DNA of 64,000 nucleotides from a virus: positions 4,098 to 68,097 of the IMG/VR virus record IMGVR_UViG_3300028030_000012; one strand, written 5' to 3'. Made by a program: the position numbers and the translations under genes. Each line of letters begins with the position of its first letter. Position 1 is the stretch's first letter. The notes beneath the pieces are model-generated. The model searched no databases and had not been told where the DNA came from. It was given only the letters and a program-made list of their open reading frames with translations. Positions 9,993 through 19,039 of this stretch are shown here, one piece after another.

Positions 9993-10514
9993 TTAAGAGC
10001 TGAGAATAGCGTCAATTTCTTTTTTGATTGTTCGATATGCTTCACGATATTTTTTAATTTCTGCTTTTCTCTGGTTATAGATTAAGTTGAAAAAATCAAC
10101 TTGTGAGAGAGTACCTTCTTTACTAGTATTTACACAATGTTCAGAATATAAGGCATAAAAATTATCTTCGATAGAAAATAAAGATTTGCCCTTCGCATTT
10201 AAAATATCTTGTGTAAAGTCAGTTTCAAAACTTTTTTTAAGGTAATGTAAATGAAGTTTTGAATAAGCGTATTTATGTAAAGAAGTACAATAAGCACAAC
10301 CACATCCAATAGATCTAGTCATTGCATGTGGTGAAAAAAAAGCTTCGTGGTCAGTTTTTTTAAAATTATACTTTTCTAAAAGTAAATTAATTCTTCTGAT
10401 TTTCTCTGCGTACTCTTTGCGAATTCGCATATTTAAGCCTTCTTTATCTCTTTCTAATTCATAAAAAGCTTTAAGTCTTGTAAGAAGTAAGTAAGAAGAT
10501 TTCTGTACGGACAT
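9993..10514 (-). CDS. hypothetical protein, possible Zn-binding motif
   Basis: H-x7-CGCAYC. Confidence 0.65.
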   Translation of the reverse strand: MSVQKSSYLLLTRLKAFYELERDKEGLNMRIRKEYAEKIRRINLLLEKYNFKKTDHEAFFSPHAMTRSIGCGCAYCTSLHKYAYSKLHLHYLKKSFETDFTQDILNAKGKSLFSIEDNFYALYSEHCVNTSKEGTLSQVDFFNLIYNQRKAEIKKYREAYRTIKKEIDAILSS

Positions 10515-10936
10515 TATTTTACAAGTTTTGCAAGGTTATCCCAATTTTCTTTACCTCCTATTTCCATTGTCTTATCAATAGCTTTATATAAGGTTTCGAG
10601 AGTTGAGGTTACTTTTCTAATTCGTTGCACCGCTTGTTCATCAAAAATCTGCTTTTCAATGAATTTTCCATCTTTGTCTTGTTCAAATGACTTCTTTCCA
10701 ACCTTGAGTTTGCTTTTTTCGGCTTCAAGAACTTCAGCTTCTTCAATGGCTTTCCCATAGGTTTCTATATATTTTTTAATAATAGCTTCTTTCTCTCTTT
10801 CCATTGTAGTATTGAATACTGTAGTGGATAAAGAGTTGCCTTCTACCATTTTTTTAAATTCTTCATCTCGTTTAATTATGTGGCGAGATGTAATTATTGT
10901 ATTTTCAGCCATTTCTTTTCGTTTAAATAAGTTCAT
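10514..10936 (-). CDS. hypothetical coiled-coil protein
   Basis: 140 aa, stop overlaps the next start. Confidence 0.7.
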   Translation of the reverse strand: MNLFKRKEMAENTIITSRHIIKRDEEFKKMVEGNSLSTTVFNTTMEREKEAIIKKYIETYGKAIEEAEVLEAEKSKLKVGKKSFEQDKDGKFIEKQIFDEQAVQRIRKVTSTLETLYKAIDKTMEIGGKENWDNLAKLVK

Positions 10937-11139
10937 TAGTCAAGTTAAAATTTTACTTGTTAAATTTGTAGCTTTATCTAAATGCTATATGAGTATCATT
11001 AAAAATTATTTGAATTTAATAATTCTGCTTGATTAATTTCATAATGCAATTATAAAATGTTTCTTATCATTTTAAGGGCAAGGGTAACTCGCACTTTCTA
11101 TGCGAAGTCCACCCCTTAAAGATCTATAGGCCTTGACCT

Positions 11140-11598
11140 TTATACTCCTTTATCAATGAAATCTTCCAACTCTACTTGAAATTTTTCAAAGGATTCTTGT
11201 ATACGTTTTACAGCGGCACGAGTAGAGATATTAATGGTTTTAGCAAAGGCCTGTGCCATTTTTTCTTTGTCAAACCATGATCCGGGTTGTACTGTTACAT
11301 TTGCCTGGTCGAAAGGAATTTCAATTTTATCCTTAAAATTTTTTTTGATGTTGTCTGGATATAAAGGGGAGCCCTTTTTATTGATAAGGCTTCCACTTAT
11401 TAACAAAGCTGTTTTACTTTCGTTTGGCATTATTACCGCAATTTCTAAAGTTTCGATAGCGGCATAATTAAGGCTGTTAGGCACAATATGTTCTTTTAAA
11501 ATTGGGTCGTTGGACATTGGGGCAGTTACTACCCTGTGAATTTTTTGTCCGTAATGAAGTTTTATTACTTCTTCAATTCCTTTACTAAATGTGTTCAT
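11140..11598 (-). CDS. hypothetical protein
   Basis: 152-aa ORF. Confidence 0.7.
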   Translation of the reverse strand: MNTFSKGIEEVIKLHYGQKIHRVVTAPMSNDPILKEHIVPNSLNYAAIETLEIAVIMPNESKTALLISGSLINKKGSPLYPDNIKKNFKDKIEIPFDQANVTVQPGSWFDKEKMAQAFAKTINISTRAAVKRIQESFEKFQVELEDFIDKGV

Positions 11599-11926
11599 GG
11601 ATTATTTTTTTTAAAATTTTGAAAATTTCTTTATCTTCTCCTTTATTCCACATAGGCCGTTTGAATGCAAGTGTATCTATGATTGATTGAAAGGTTGTTA
11701 TAGGGTGTTTTAGTTCATAAAAAGTAATAGGTGAGTTTTTAGGGCAGTAGTACCAAGAATACTTTGTTTTTGATAGTATATTGAATCCATAGATTCTGTA
11801 AAGTAACTTATGGTGCTCTAGCGTTATGAATTTCCCAACTATTTTTTCTAAAGAAGTTACATCCTTTGTATTTTTTTCGGTTATTAATTTAGGAATTTCT
11901 TCTGTAAAATTAAAAATTATTTTCAT
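11585..11926 (-). CDS. hypothetical protein
   Basis: 113-aa ORF overlapping the next gene. Confidence 0.6.
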   Translation of the reverse strand: MKIIFNFTEEIPKLITEKNTKDVTSLEKIVGKFITLEHHKLLYRIYGFNILSKTKYSWYYCPKNSPITFYELKHPITTFQSIIDTLAFKRPMWNKGEDKEIFKILKKIIHEHI

Positions 11927-11934
11927 TTTTTAAA

Positions 11935-13120
11935 AGATTAGTAAGAGTAAGAACCTTAATAAGCTAAGTGTGGCAAAGTTAATGAGACTTCTTCACAGTC
12001 TTACTCTTACTCTTTTGATTCTATTATTCTAGATTCGCAATTTATTTCAGGTTGCGTTGATTTGTTCATGACGTTTCATGAACAGGTGTAAAAAAATTTT
12101 AAGGGGTTTTGTAAAATAAGGGCCTTTAGGATATCAAACAGTTTTAAATGTATTTCGTAAGATTGTGCTACTTTTACACCATAACCCTGTTGTAGGGTTT
12201 TGTAGGGTTCTATTCTGTTTTTATTTAATAAATATCGTTTACAGTACGACCTACTGTATTTTTCAGCGACTCTGTCTGCTTTTTACTTTATTCATTAATA
12301 AGATTAGTCTACCTACACCTTTCTTAAATTAAGTAGTTTATAGAAAGTTTTACGTTACGTATATTACAATTATACTTTTAAGAAAAACATTTATACTATT
12401 TATACTTCCTTTTTTTACTAATTTTGCATATTAAACTGCTGTTGGCCTTTAATATAGTATTTATAAAGTACTATATACCTAATCCAATGATGGCGGGATT
12501 CGAACTCTTTATAATCATTTCTAAGTATTTTACTAAGGAATAATCGCGTAACATGTCTCAACGGACTTCAACTTTAAAAGTATATATCTTTGACCTCTTG
12601 AATACACCATTGCATAATTTTAACAAATGTCACTAACCTCATCCTCATCAGGAATCTACTGTTAGTATAGACAGGGTACTATTTAGATCGTTATACTCTA
12701 ATAACATATCCTTTCTTTTATTTCCCAACTCTACGTTTACTCTATGTTTACCCAAGCCTCTGTATACTTAGGCCCCTCTTTTACCCGCATGGTTTTGGAC
12801 GCCATTGTTTTGACCTTATACATTTGATAAATGTCACTACGGTTATAGAAGTATTATTAGGCATGTATACTGCTGCACGTATAGGTAGGCAGCCATCCTA
12901 GGGCAGCATCCTGTTTACGGCAGTGTCTCACCTTTATTTGATTTTAAAGGGGCCGCCCATTTATTTCAACGTTTCTTAACAAAGTAATAAATACTTTTCA
13001 AGACCCTTCCTATAAATTAAAGTTTCAGGAGTTATTATAGTCTTCTAAACCTACTTAATTTCTTCACCGCTAGTCAGTACAGCGGTCCCTATTTGCGTTG
13101 TAATAGGTGTTTTAGGGGTT
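11935..13120. ncRNA. candidate large structured non-coding RNA region
   Basis: about 1.2 kb with no ORF of 60 aa or more in the track; many local and long-range inverted repeats. Confidence 0.5.
12485..12612 (-). ncRNA. tRNA-like element or degenerate tRNA
   Basis: acceptor-like CAATGGTG/CATCATTG, D-arm-like TATTCAAGAGGTCAAAGA, T-loop GTTCGAATCCC; T-stem broken and middle enlarged. Confidence 0.45.
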
Positions 13121-13124
13121 AATT

Positions 13125-14753
13125 TTAAAAATGATAAGAAACAATTTTAAAGTTTTTTCTAGGCAATCCCGAGGAATTTGCCAATGCAGTTACTTCTTGA
13201 ATTTTTGAAAAGGGCTTTACAGATTTGTTAACAACTTTTTTTATTTTAGATAATTCTTTTTTCAAAGTTTCTATATTATTAAAAGAGGAGTTAAATTCTA
13301 TATATTCAAAATCAAGTTCTATTATTAAAATCAGCCTTTTGTTATGTATAGCTATAGTAGCTTCATTTACAATTTTGAATCGTTTGGCTATTGATAATAT
13401 CTTTCCTGTTTCGATTACTAGACCTTTTTCATTAACAAAAATATTTTTTGTTTTGTTTTTAATTAAAACTTTATTATTGCGTACTAATCCAACGTCTTCA
13501 GTTCTAAATTTATTATTTTCGTCCTTAGGACTTGTTTGTTGTACTGTAATGTCAAAGTATTTCCATTTGTTATTATTTTCTAGGTAGCTATGAAAAAGAT
13601 CTGTACTAGTAACATTCAGTTCTCCAAAATCACTTACATCTCCAGTAGTATCAATAGATACGTTTTGTCTGGGAGTAAGCCATAAGTGCTTAGGTAACCT
13701 TGTCCAAGTTCCAGAAGCAATATAAGAGGACACTTCACTCATTACATAGAGCACTGTGTATTTTTTCTTGATTGAATTAAGTAATTTTCTTTTTGTAATT
13801 TTACCGTGTGTTATTATAGTTTTTATATGTTTACTAATGTGTTTTTTAAACAATCTCCTCATTATAAAGGAATGGCATAGTAATTTACAAAAAGGTGTAG
13901 ATTCTTGTTCTAATGTTTTTAATAGTATTTCTAATTTTTGAGTGTTAATATAAAGAGTTTTAACTTCAATTTCTTTAAAGGAATTGAATAAATCAGCGAT
14001 ATTATTTCCTTTACCTATTGTAACATGTTTACCATGTAATATAGGCGCTATTATACCATTTAAGATATCGTATAGGGAATTAAAAGGTTCTACTGTTAAT
14101 AAAGTATTTTCTATGTTATTAGAAAGTTCTTCATAAGAATCTTTTATTCCTTGATATATAGCGGAATGTTTTATGCGAGAGGCGGTATATAACCCTTTAG
14201 AAATCCCCTGATGAAAGAAAGTGCCTGTTACATGTTCAAAATTGGGATGCAAGTATGCTTCAGCTAGAGAAATATCGTCTTTATTGATTAAAGAGTCTTT
14301 TCCTGTACCTATACTGCTTACTACTTCAAATATTTTAGACATATAATCTTTTGTATCTTCATCTAATGCATTATAATTCCATCCTTTGGATATGATTTTG
14401 AATGTTCCAGGATGTAAGGTCAATAAAGTTTCATCTATAACTTCTTCTGCAATTATTACCCCATAACTTAATTTAGTTAACACTGTTTTTACTTTAGTAT
14501 CTTCTATATTATCTGAGGTGTCAAGAATTACAAAATTAGTCTCATAACTTAAACAAGCAATTATTGCAGCTATTCCATACATTTCATTGGTAACATATAT
14601 TCCAATTGTATCTGTAGTACTTACTCCTATACAACTTAAACTGCGTTCAATAAGTTCAGCTTTTTTAAGAATTTCTCCAGCAGTGTATGTCTTACCTTCA
14701 CTTGTTGTTAGTACAACTTCTAAGAAGTGTTTTTTTAGTTTTTTTTGAAGCAT
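13125..14753 (-). CDS. divergent AMP-binding (ANL, long-chain acyl-CoA ligase-like) protein
   Basis: 542 aa; colinear remnants PFNSLYD, YVMSE, FGELNV, FRTEDVG, IKNKTKNIFVNEKG. Confidence 0.65.
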   Translation of the reverse strand: MLQKKLKKHFLEVVLTTSEGKTYTAGEILKKAELIERSLSCIGVSTTDTIGIYVTNEMYGIAAIIACLSYETNFVILDTSDNIEDTKVKTVLTKLSYGVIIAEEVIDETLLTLHPGTFKIISKGWNYNALDEDTKDYMSKIFEVVSSIGTGKDSLINKDDISLAEAYLHPNFEHVTGTFFHQGISKGLYTASRIKHSAIYQGIKDSYEELSNNIENTLLTVEPFNSLYDILNGIIAPILHGKHVTIGKGNNIADLFNSFKEIEVKTLYINTQKLEILLKTLEQESTPFCKLLCHSFIMRRLFKKHISKHIKTIITHGKITKRKLLNSIKKKYTVLYVMSEVSSYIASGTWTRLPKHLWLTPRQNVSIDTTGDVSDFGELNVTSTDLFHSYLENNNKWKYFDITVQQTSPKDENNKFRTEDVGLVRNNKVLIKNKTKNIFVNEKGLVIETGKILSIAKRFKIVNEATIAIHNKRLILIIELDFEYIEFNSSFNNIETLKKELSKIKKVVNKSVKPFSKIQEVTALANSSGLPRKNFKIVSYHF

Positions 14754-15034
14754 AGTTCATTTTTAAGAATGGAGACTGAAATTTCTTCTTTAACATTAAT
14801 AATGTCGCCTTTTACAATGGTAATTTTGATATCCGCTTCTTTACTTATGAGTATAAAAGCAGTAGACTTTGCATTTTTAATTTTTCTAGTAAGTCTATTA
14901 CCTAAATGTGTAAATCTAAAATACTTTTTTATATACCCGTATCCTTTATTTGAATAAGTGAGCATCTCAGTTTCTATGAAAGTCCTGACAAGCATTTCGA
15001 TTCTTTTTTCAGAGTTATTATTATTTTTGATCAT
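14735..15034 (-). CDS. hypothetical protein
   Basis: 99-aa ORF overlapping the ANL-like gene start. Confidence 0.6.
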   Translation of the reverse strand: MIKNNNNSEKRIEMLVRTFIETEMLTYSNKGYGYIKKYFRFTHLGNRLTRKIKNAKSTAFILISKEADIKITIVKGDIINVKEEISVSILKNELCFKKN

Positions 15035-15179
15035 TTATCCAGGTATTTAGTATATTTACAAATTTTTTAGCTTGTGTGACATTTATAGACGTTTCAACCT
15101 TTTTTTTATTTTTTGTCAAAATTAATTGTAATAAATGAGGTTCTGTCTCTTTAGTACCAAATAATAGTTCTTCTACCAT
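15021..15179 (-). CDS. small hypothetical protein (52 aa, not in the ORF track)
   Basis: MVEELLFGTKETEPHLL...; fills the gap and overlaps the next gene. Confidence 0.5.
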   Translation of the reverse strand: MVEELLFGTKETEPHLLQLILTKNKKKVETSINVTQAKKFVNILNTWINDQK

Positions 15180-15243
15180 AGTGTTTAAAAATTAAGCCCT
15201 GTATTACATGCTAATGCAATACCTAAGGGCAATTATCAAAAAT

Positions 15244-17442
15244 TTAGATAGCTGTTTTTTCTGCTAGAAAGGTAATATCTCCTGAACTAAAGTCAGGCTT
15301 CATATGAATTTGCTTACCTTTTGTTGTAGAATTTTTTGCTTTTTCATTCTCTTTTTTAATCTTTTGAGAATACTTTAATAAGGCTTCTACAAAATCAATT
15401 TTAGCAGATTCCATAGATTTAGATCCGGTTGTTTTTATAGTCTCATTAAATCCGTTTAAAGTACAGCTATATGTACCGTCTGTTTCCAAAGTAATAGTGG
15501 CTGAATATTGAGGTCTTGTTAAAAGGTCTGTTGAAGTAGACTTAATAGTAAGCTTAGGATCGCTTTGAGTGTCCTTTTTAGCTTGTTTAAGAGCCTCTTT
15601 CTCTTCTGGTGTCTTTTGGAACTTCTCTCCTCCTTTAACTTCTTCATTAGGCTCTTCTTTAACCTTTTGATTATTATTAGCTCTATATCTTTTTTTATTA
15701 AATTCAGCAATAGCTTTAGAAAAATATTTGATTCTAAATTCTTTCTTATCTTTCTCTCCTATAGCTTCTTTTATAGAAGTTTCAAGGGATTTTTCAAAAC
15801 TGTAGATAGAAGTTAAAATGTTAGTACTTTTTTCAACTAATGTAACTAAAGCTTGGCGTGTTTCTTTTGCAACATTATTAACAGTTTCGGACTTGGTCGA
15901 TACAGCCATTTGGTTGCTGGGTACACTATTGGGTTTAGTCTTTTCTTCAGTTTTTGTGGCGGTCCCATCCGCCTTATTTGAAAAATCATATTCGAAATTA
16001 AGCTTACTTTTACATTCTTGTTCGGTATCGGCACTTTGAGCTTTTACATGAACATCTATTAAAGTATTTACAGCCTGTTTGAAATCCTCTTCTTTAGCAT
16101 AACCTTTTATAATAGTTTGTACTCCAGGCCCCTCAACTTTACCTTGGAAAAATTGTTTAGAATCTTTGGTTACTTTAATAGAGTATTCTAATATTTTTAT
16201 TTCGGAAGAGGTAGTTGATTTTTCTTCTTTTACAATCTCTTCTTTTTTAGTTGAAGGTTTAAGAACTCCGTTATCATTAAGACGTACAATTAATTTATCA
16301 ATAAAGTTATTTATTTTACTATCTTCCCAAGTACGTTTGGTTTTAGAAGTACCTTTTTCATTAACTGTATATCTTGTGTAAGCTCTTACAAGATTTTTAG
16401 CATGTTTAATACCTTCTTTATAGGAACCTTTTTGTTCTTGTTTAAAAACTAAGATATTTTCAATTAACTTTTCTAAATGTTTAAAAGAATTTGTAATAAA
16501 TAGGTTATTTAAAAACCACCTTACTTTTTCAACTGGCCATATACTCCCTGTTTTAGAGTCAGAATAAAATTTGGTTAACTCATCAATCGCTTGATTTTCT
16601 CTACCAGTTATTCTGAGATACATAGCTCGTTGCTTAACAAAATCTTGAGGATTTACATTATCAACATTATTTTTACCTGTTAACAGCATTAAATTGAAAT
16701 TATTGTCTACAGTGTATAAGGTTTTTCCATTTAGCAGTTCTTCTCCTTTGATAAGAGATTCTAAGGGTACTGTAATGGCAGTATCAATTCCTTCTTTTTT
16801 AATTTCTTCGGCAAATACCTCAAGATTGGCATTAGCTTGTTCTTTTATAACTACTTGTACAAATTTTGATAAGATACTTCTAATATTTGTAATTCCTAAA
16901 TCTTGGTTATTTAAAAGATCTTTAACTTTTGTATAAAGTTTAGCTTTAGCAACATTTCCTTTTGAAGATTGCCATTCTTTTACTATACTGTCTTTAAATT
17001 CGTCTGTTAATTTTTCTTTAGGCAGGTCGAATAAAGACTTAAAAGTGGGTCGTTTTTTAATATTTTCTTTTTTAGGCATTAGTGCAATAACTGAATTGGT
17101 AGATTCATTAACTGTTTCAGTAATAACACTTGTTTCTGCATCTACTACAAGCTCTTTTTCAGCTACTTTTTCAACTACTTTGTTGATTATTTGAGGTGAT
17201 TGGGCAGTAAGTTGTAAAGCATAAGATTCTAAGGATTGCTCAATATTATCTAATACTTTTCTATAATAAGTAGTTTTTCCAGATAATTTTACCATTTTGA
17301 CATTATCTACTTGAACAAGATCTGGTATTTTGATTCCAGATTCGGGTAAAGATACTTCATCCTTTAAAGCTTTTCTGAAATATTTAGCTAGTGTTACTAA
17401 AGGTTCGATAGTCTCTGTACCAATAATTTTTACATTTCCCAT
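15244..17442 (-). CDS. 732-aa protein with two putative HicB-like domains
   Basis: YSATITLETDGTYSC...AKIDFVEAL and YSIKVTKDSKQFFQG...LNFEYDF. Confidence 0.6.
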   Translation of the reverse strand: MGNVKIIGTETIEPLVTLAKYFRKALKDEVSLPESGIKIPDLVQVDNVKMVKLSGKTTYYRKVLDNIEQSLESYALQLTAQSPQIINKVVEKVAEKELVVDAETSVITETVNESTNSVIALMPKKENIKKRPTFKSLFDLPKEKLTDEFKDSIVKEWQSSKGNVAKAKLYTKVKDLLNNQDLGITNIRSILSKFVQVVIKEQANANLEVFAEEIKKEGIDTAITVPLESLIKGEELLNGKTLYTVDNNFNLMLLTGKNNVDNVNPQDFVKQRAMYLRITGRENQAIDELTKFYSDSKTGSIWPVEKVRWFLNNLFITNSFKHLEKLIENILVFKQEQKGSYKEGIKHAKNLVRAYTRYTVNEKGTSKTKRTWEDSKINNFIDKLIVRLNDNGVLKPSTKKEEIVKEEKSTTSSEIKILEYSIKVTKDSKQFFQGKVEGPGVQTIIKGYAKEEDFKQAVNTLIDVHVKAQSADTEQECKSKLNFEYDFSNKADGTATKTEEKTKPNSVPSNQMAVSTKSETVNNVAKETRQALVTLVEKSTNILTSIYSFEKSLETSIKEAIGEKDKKEFRIKYFSKAIAEFNKKRYRANNNQKVKEEPNEEVKGGEKFQKTPEEKEALKQAKKDTQSDPKLTIKSTSTDLLTRPQYSATITLETDGTYSCTLNGFNETIKTTGSKSMESAKIDFVEALLKYSQKIKKENEKAKNSTTKGKQIHMKPDFSSGDITFLAEKTAI

Positions 17443-17526
17443 AATGTTATAGGTTAATTTAATTAAATATAAATATTGATTTTAAATGTTGGGTTAGGTT
17501 TGAATAGTTTAATTTATATTTTTAGG

Positions 17527-18144
17527 CTAAGTGTTATGTTTATCCGGATCGTATCGAGATATAGGTTTCCATTTAAAAAATTGATGGTATATAAGATAAC
17601 CTAAGATAAATAAAACAATCATAAATATTATAATACTTATTAAAATACTGGATAATCTAGGGGGGTCTTTTCCAAAAAATTTAATTGGGTTTTTATTTTC
17701 TATTTGAGATTCAAAATCTGAAAGAGTAAGCATAGGCATTCCTTGATAGTGAAGATATCCATTAAATAGAATATAGTTGGAATGTTTCATTTTTTGGTAG
17801 CAGGAATGATAATTTACTACACTTTTAAAATGTGCTTTGAATCTTTGATAATTTTTTCTGAGGGTAATATTACGGATATTGAGATCTGTATAATAAGCCT
17901 CCAAGTTTCCATTTTTATAATATACCATTTCAGCAAAATTATCTTTAACTTTCGTACTCTTTACACTGTCTATAGTATGCTTATCTACCGTAATATAATA
18001 AGGCAGGGCAGAAGTATGCAGTGCTGGCACAGGATTGTCTTTAATCAGTATTGAATCCTTTTTGTCTTCTGTACAACGTGTAAAAAGAGTTGTTAAAGAT
18101 AGAAGAACGAATAAAATACTAAAGATAATTTGTTTTTTTTTCAT
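17527..18144 (-). CDS. exported or membrane protein (possible lipoprotein with C-terminal TM)
   Basis: signal-like N-terminus ending FTRC; C-terminal hydrophobic helix. Confidence 0.65.
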   Translation of the reverse strand: MKKKQIIFSILFVLLSLTTLFTRCTEDKKDSILIKDNPVPALHTSALPYYITVDKHTIDSVKSTKVKDNFAEMVYYKNGNLEAYYTDLNIRNITLRKNYQRFKAHFKSVVNYHSCYQKMKHSNYILFNGYLHYQGMPMLTLSDFESQIENKNPIKFFGKDPPRLSSILISIIIFMIVLFILGYLIYHQFFKWKPISRYDPDKHNT

Positions 18145-18175
18145 GTTTTTAAGTTTTAATATTGATTAAAAATAC

Positions 18176-18376
18176 TTAAGAAATTTTAGCAAAGTTTTCT
18201 AGAGTTTGAATTCTCTTTTCAATTCTGCCTTTTAGAGTAAATACAGTAGCGGATGTATAAGCATCATTTTGCTTATTAAAGCTTTTTACTCTGGTTCTTA
18301 TAGAAAGTTGATCTTGCACTTTCTTTAATTGGTTGTGCAATTTTTTTAATTGTTTAGTTCTGCTTTTTGGTTTCAT
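18176..18376 (-). CDS. hypothetical protein
   Basis: 66-aa basic ORF. Confidence 0.55.
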   Translation of the reverse strand: MKPKSRTKQLKKLHNQLKKVQDQLSIRTRVKSFNKQNDAYTSATVFTLKGRIEKRIQTLENFAKIS

Positions 18377-18665
18377 TTAAATAATTTTGATTTTTGTTTA
18401 TGTAAATTTCTTTACATTTATCACAAATATTCACTTCAAACCAGTAAAATCTATCTCGATGATTATACAATTGAAGAAGTTTACTTTGTGCAAGTAGAAT
18501 GTCGTTCTTAAAAGTTTTATGCTTGCCACAAGTAGGGCACTGAAACGTTTTAGAAAGGGGTGCATTTGGATAGGTTTTTTTAAGCTTTGAAAAACTACGA
18601 AAACGACGTATTGATTTGTCGTCATGTGCGAAGTTATGACCTACAAACTCATTTTTTATTTTCAT
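18354..18665 (-). CDS. Zn-ribbon protein
   Basis: CPTC...CDKC. Confidence 0.65.
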   Translation of the reverse strand: MKIKNEFVGHNFAHDDKSIRRFRSFSKLKKTYPNAPLSKTFQCPTCGKHKTFKNDILLAQSKLLQLYNHRDRFYWFEVNICDKCKEIYINKNQNYLNETKKQN

Positions 18666-18666
18666 A

Positions 18667-18870
18667 TTAAATATTTATTACAACAGTTCCTTTTGGATTA
18701 CCTTTTAAGTTTAATATACTAACTATTTTATTCCCTTTTTTAAACTTCATTTTATTATAGTCAAAGGTACTCTTAGAAAGTATATTAATAATACGCAATA
18801 CTTTACTGGGGTCGCCAGTAATAGAAATTAAAGCATCTACTACTAGGCGACTATTTGTTTTAGAACACAT
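18667..18870 (-). CDS. hypothetical protein
   Basis: 67-aa ORF tightly packed with neighbours. Confidence 0.55.
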   Translation of the reverse strand: MCSKTNSRLVVDALISITGDPSKVLRIINILSKSTFDYNKMKFKKGNKIVSILNLKGNPKGTVVINI

Positions 18871-19024
18871 CTTCAGTAATTTTAAATTTAGTTTTTAAAA
18901 GCTTATTCTTTTTTTCCAAATGTTTTTTGAAAGTATTATGGTCTATTGCTATTTTGATTGCTATAATAATTACCATAACTGCAGTTAATAATAAAAATAT
19001 TACTACAATATCATTTTCATGCAT
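18860..19024 (-). CDS. small single-pass membrane protein (54 aa, not in the track)
   Basis: MHENDIVVIFLLLTAVMVIIIAIKIA plus a basic tail. Confidence 0.55.
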   Translation of the reverse strand: MHENDIVVIFLLLTAVMVIIIAIKIAIDHNTFKKHLEKKNKLLKTKFKITEDVF

Positions 19025-19039
19025 TAATTCAATCATTGT

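Noticed and set aside
12485-12612. tmRNA or a functional canonical tRNA
   Set aside because: No GGGG start, G3-U70 pair, tag ORF or CCA; the T-stem is unpaired
12644-12651. CTGATGAG on the minus strand as a hammerhead ribozyme core
   Set aside because: No stem II followed by GAAA at a suitable distance
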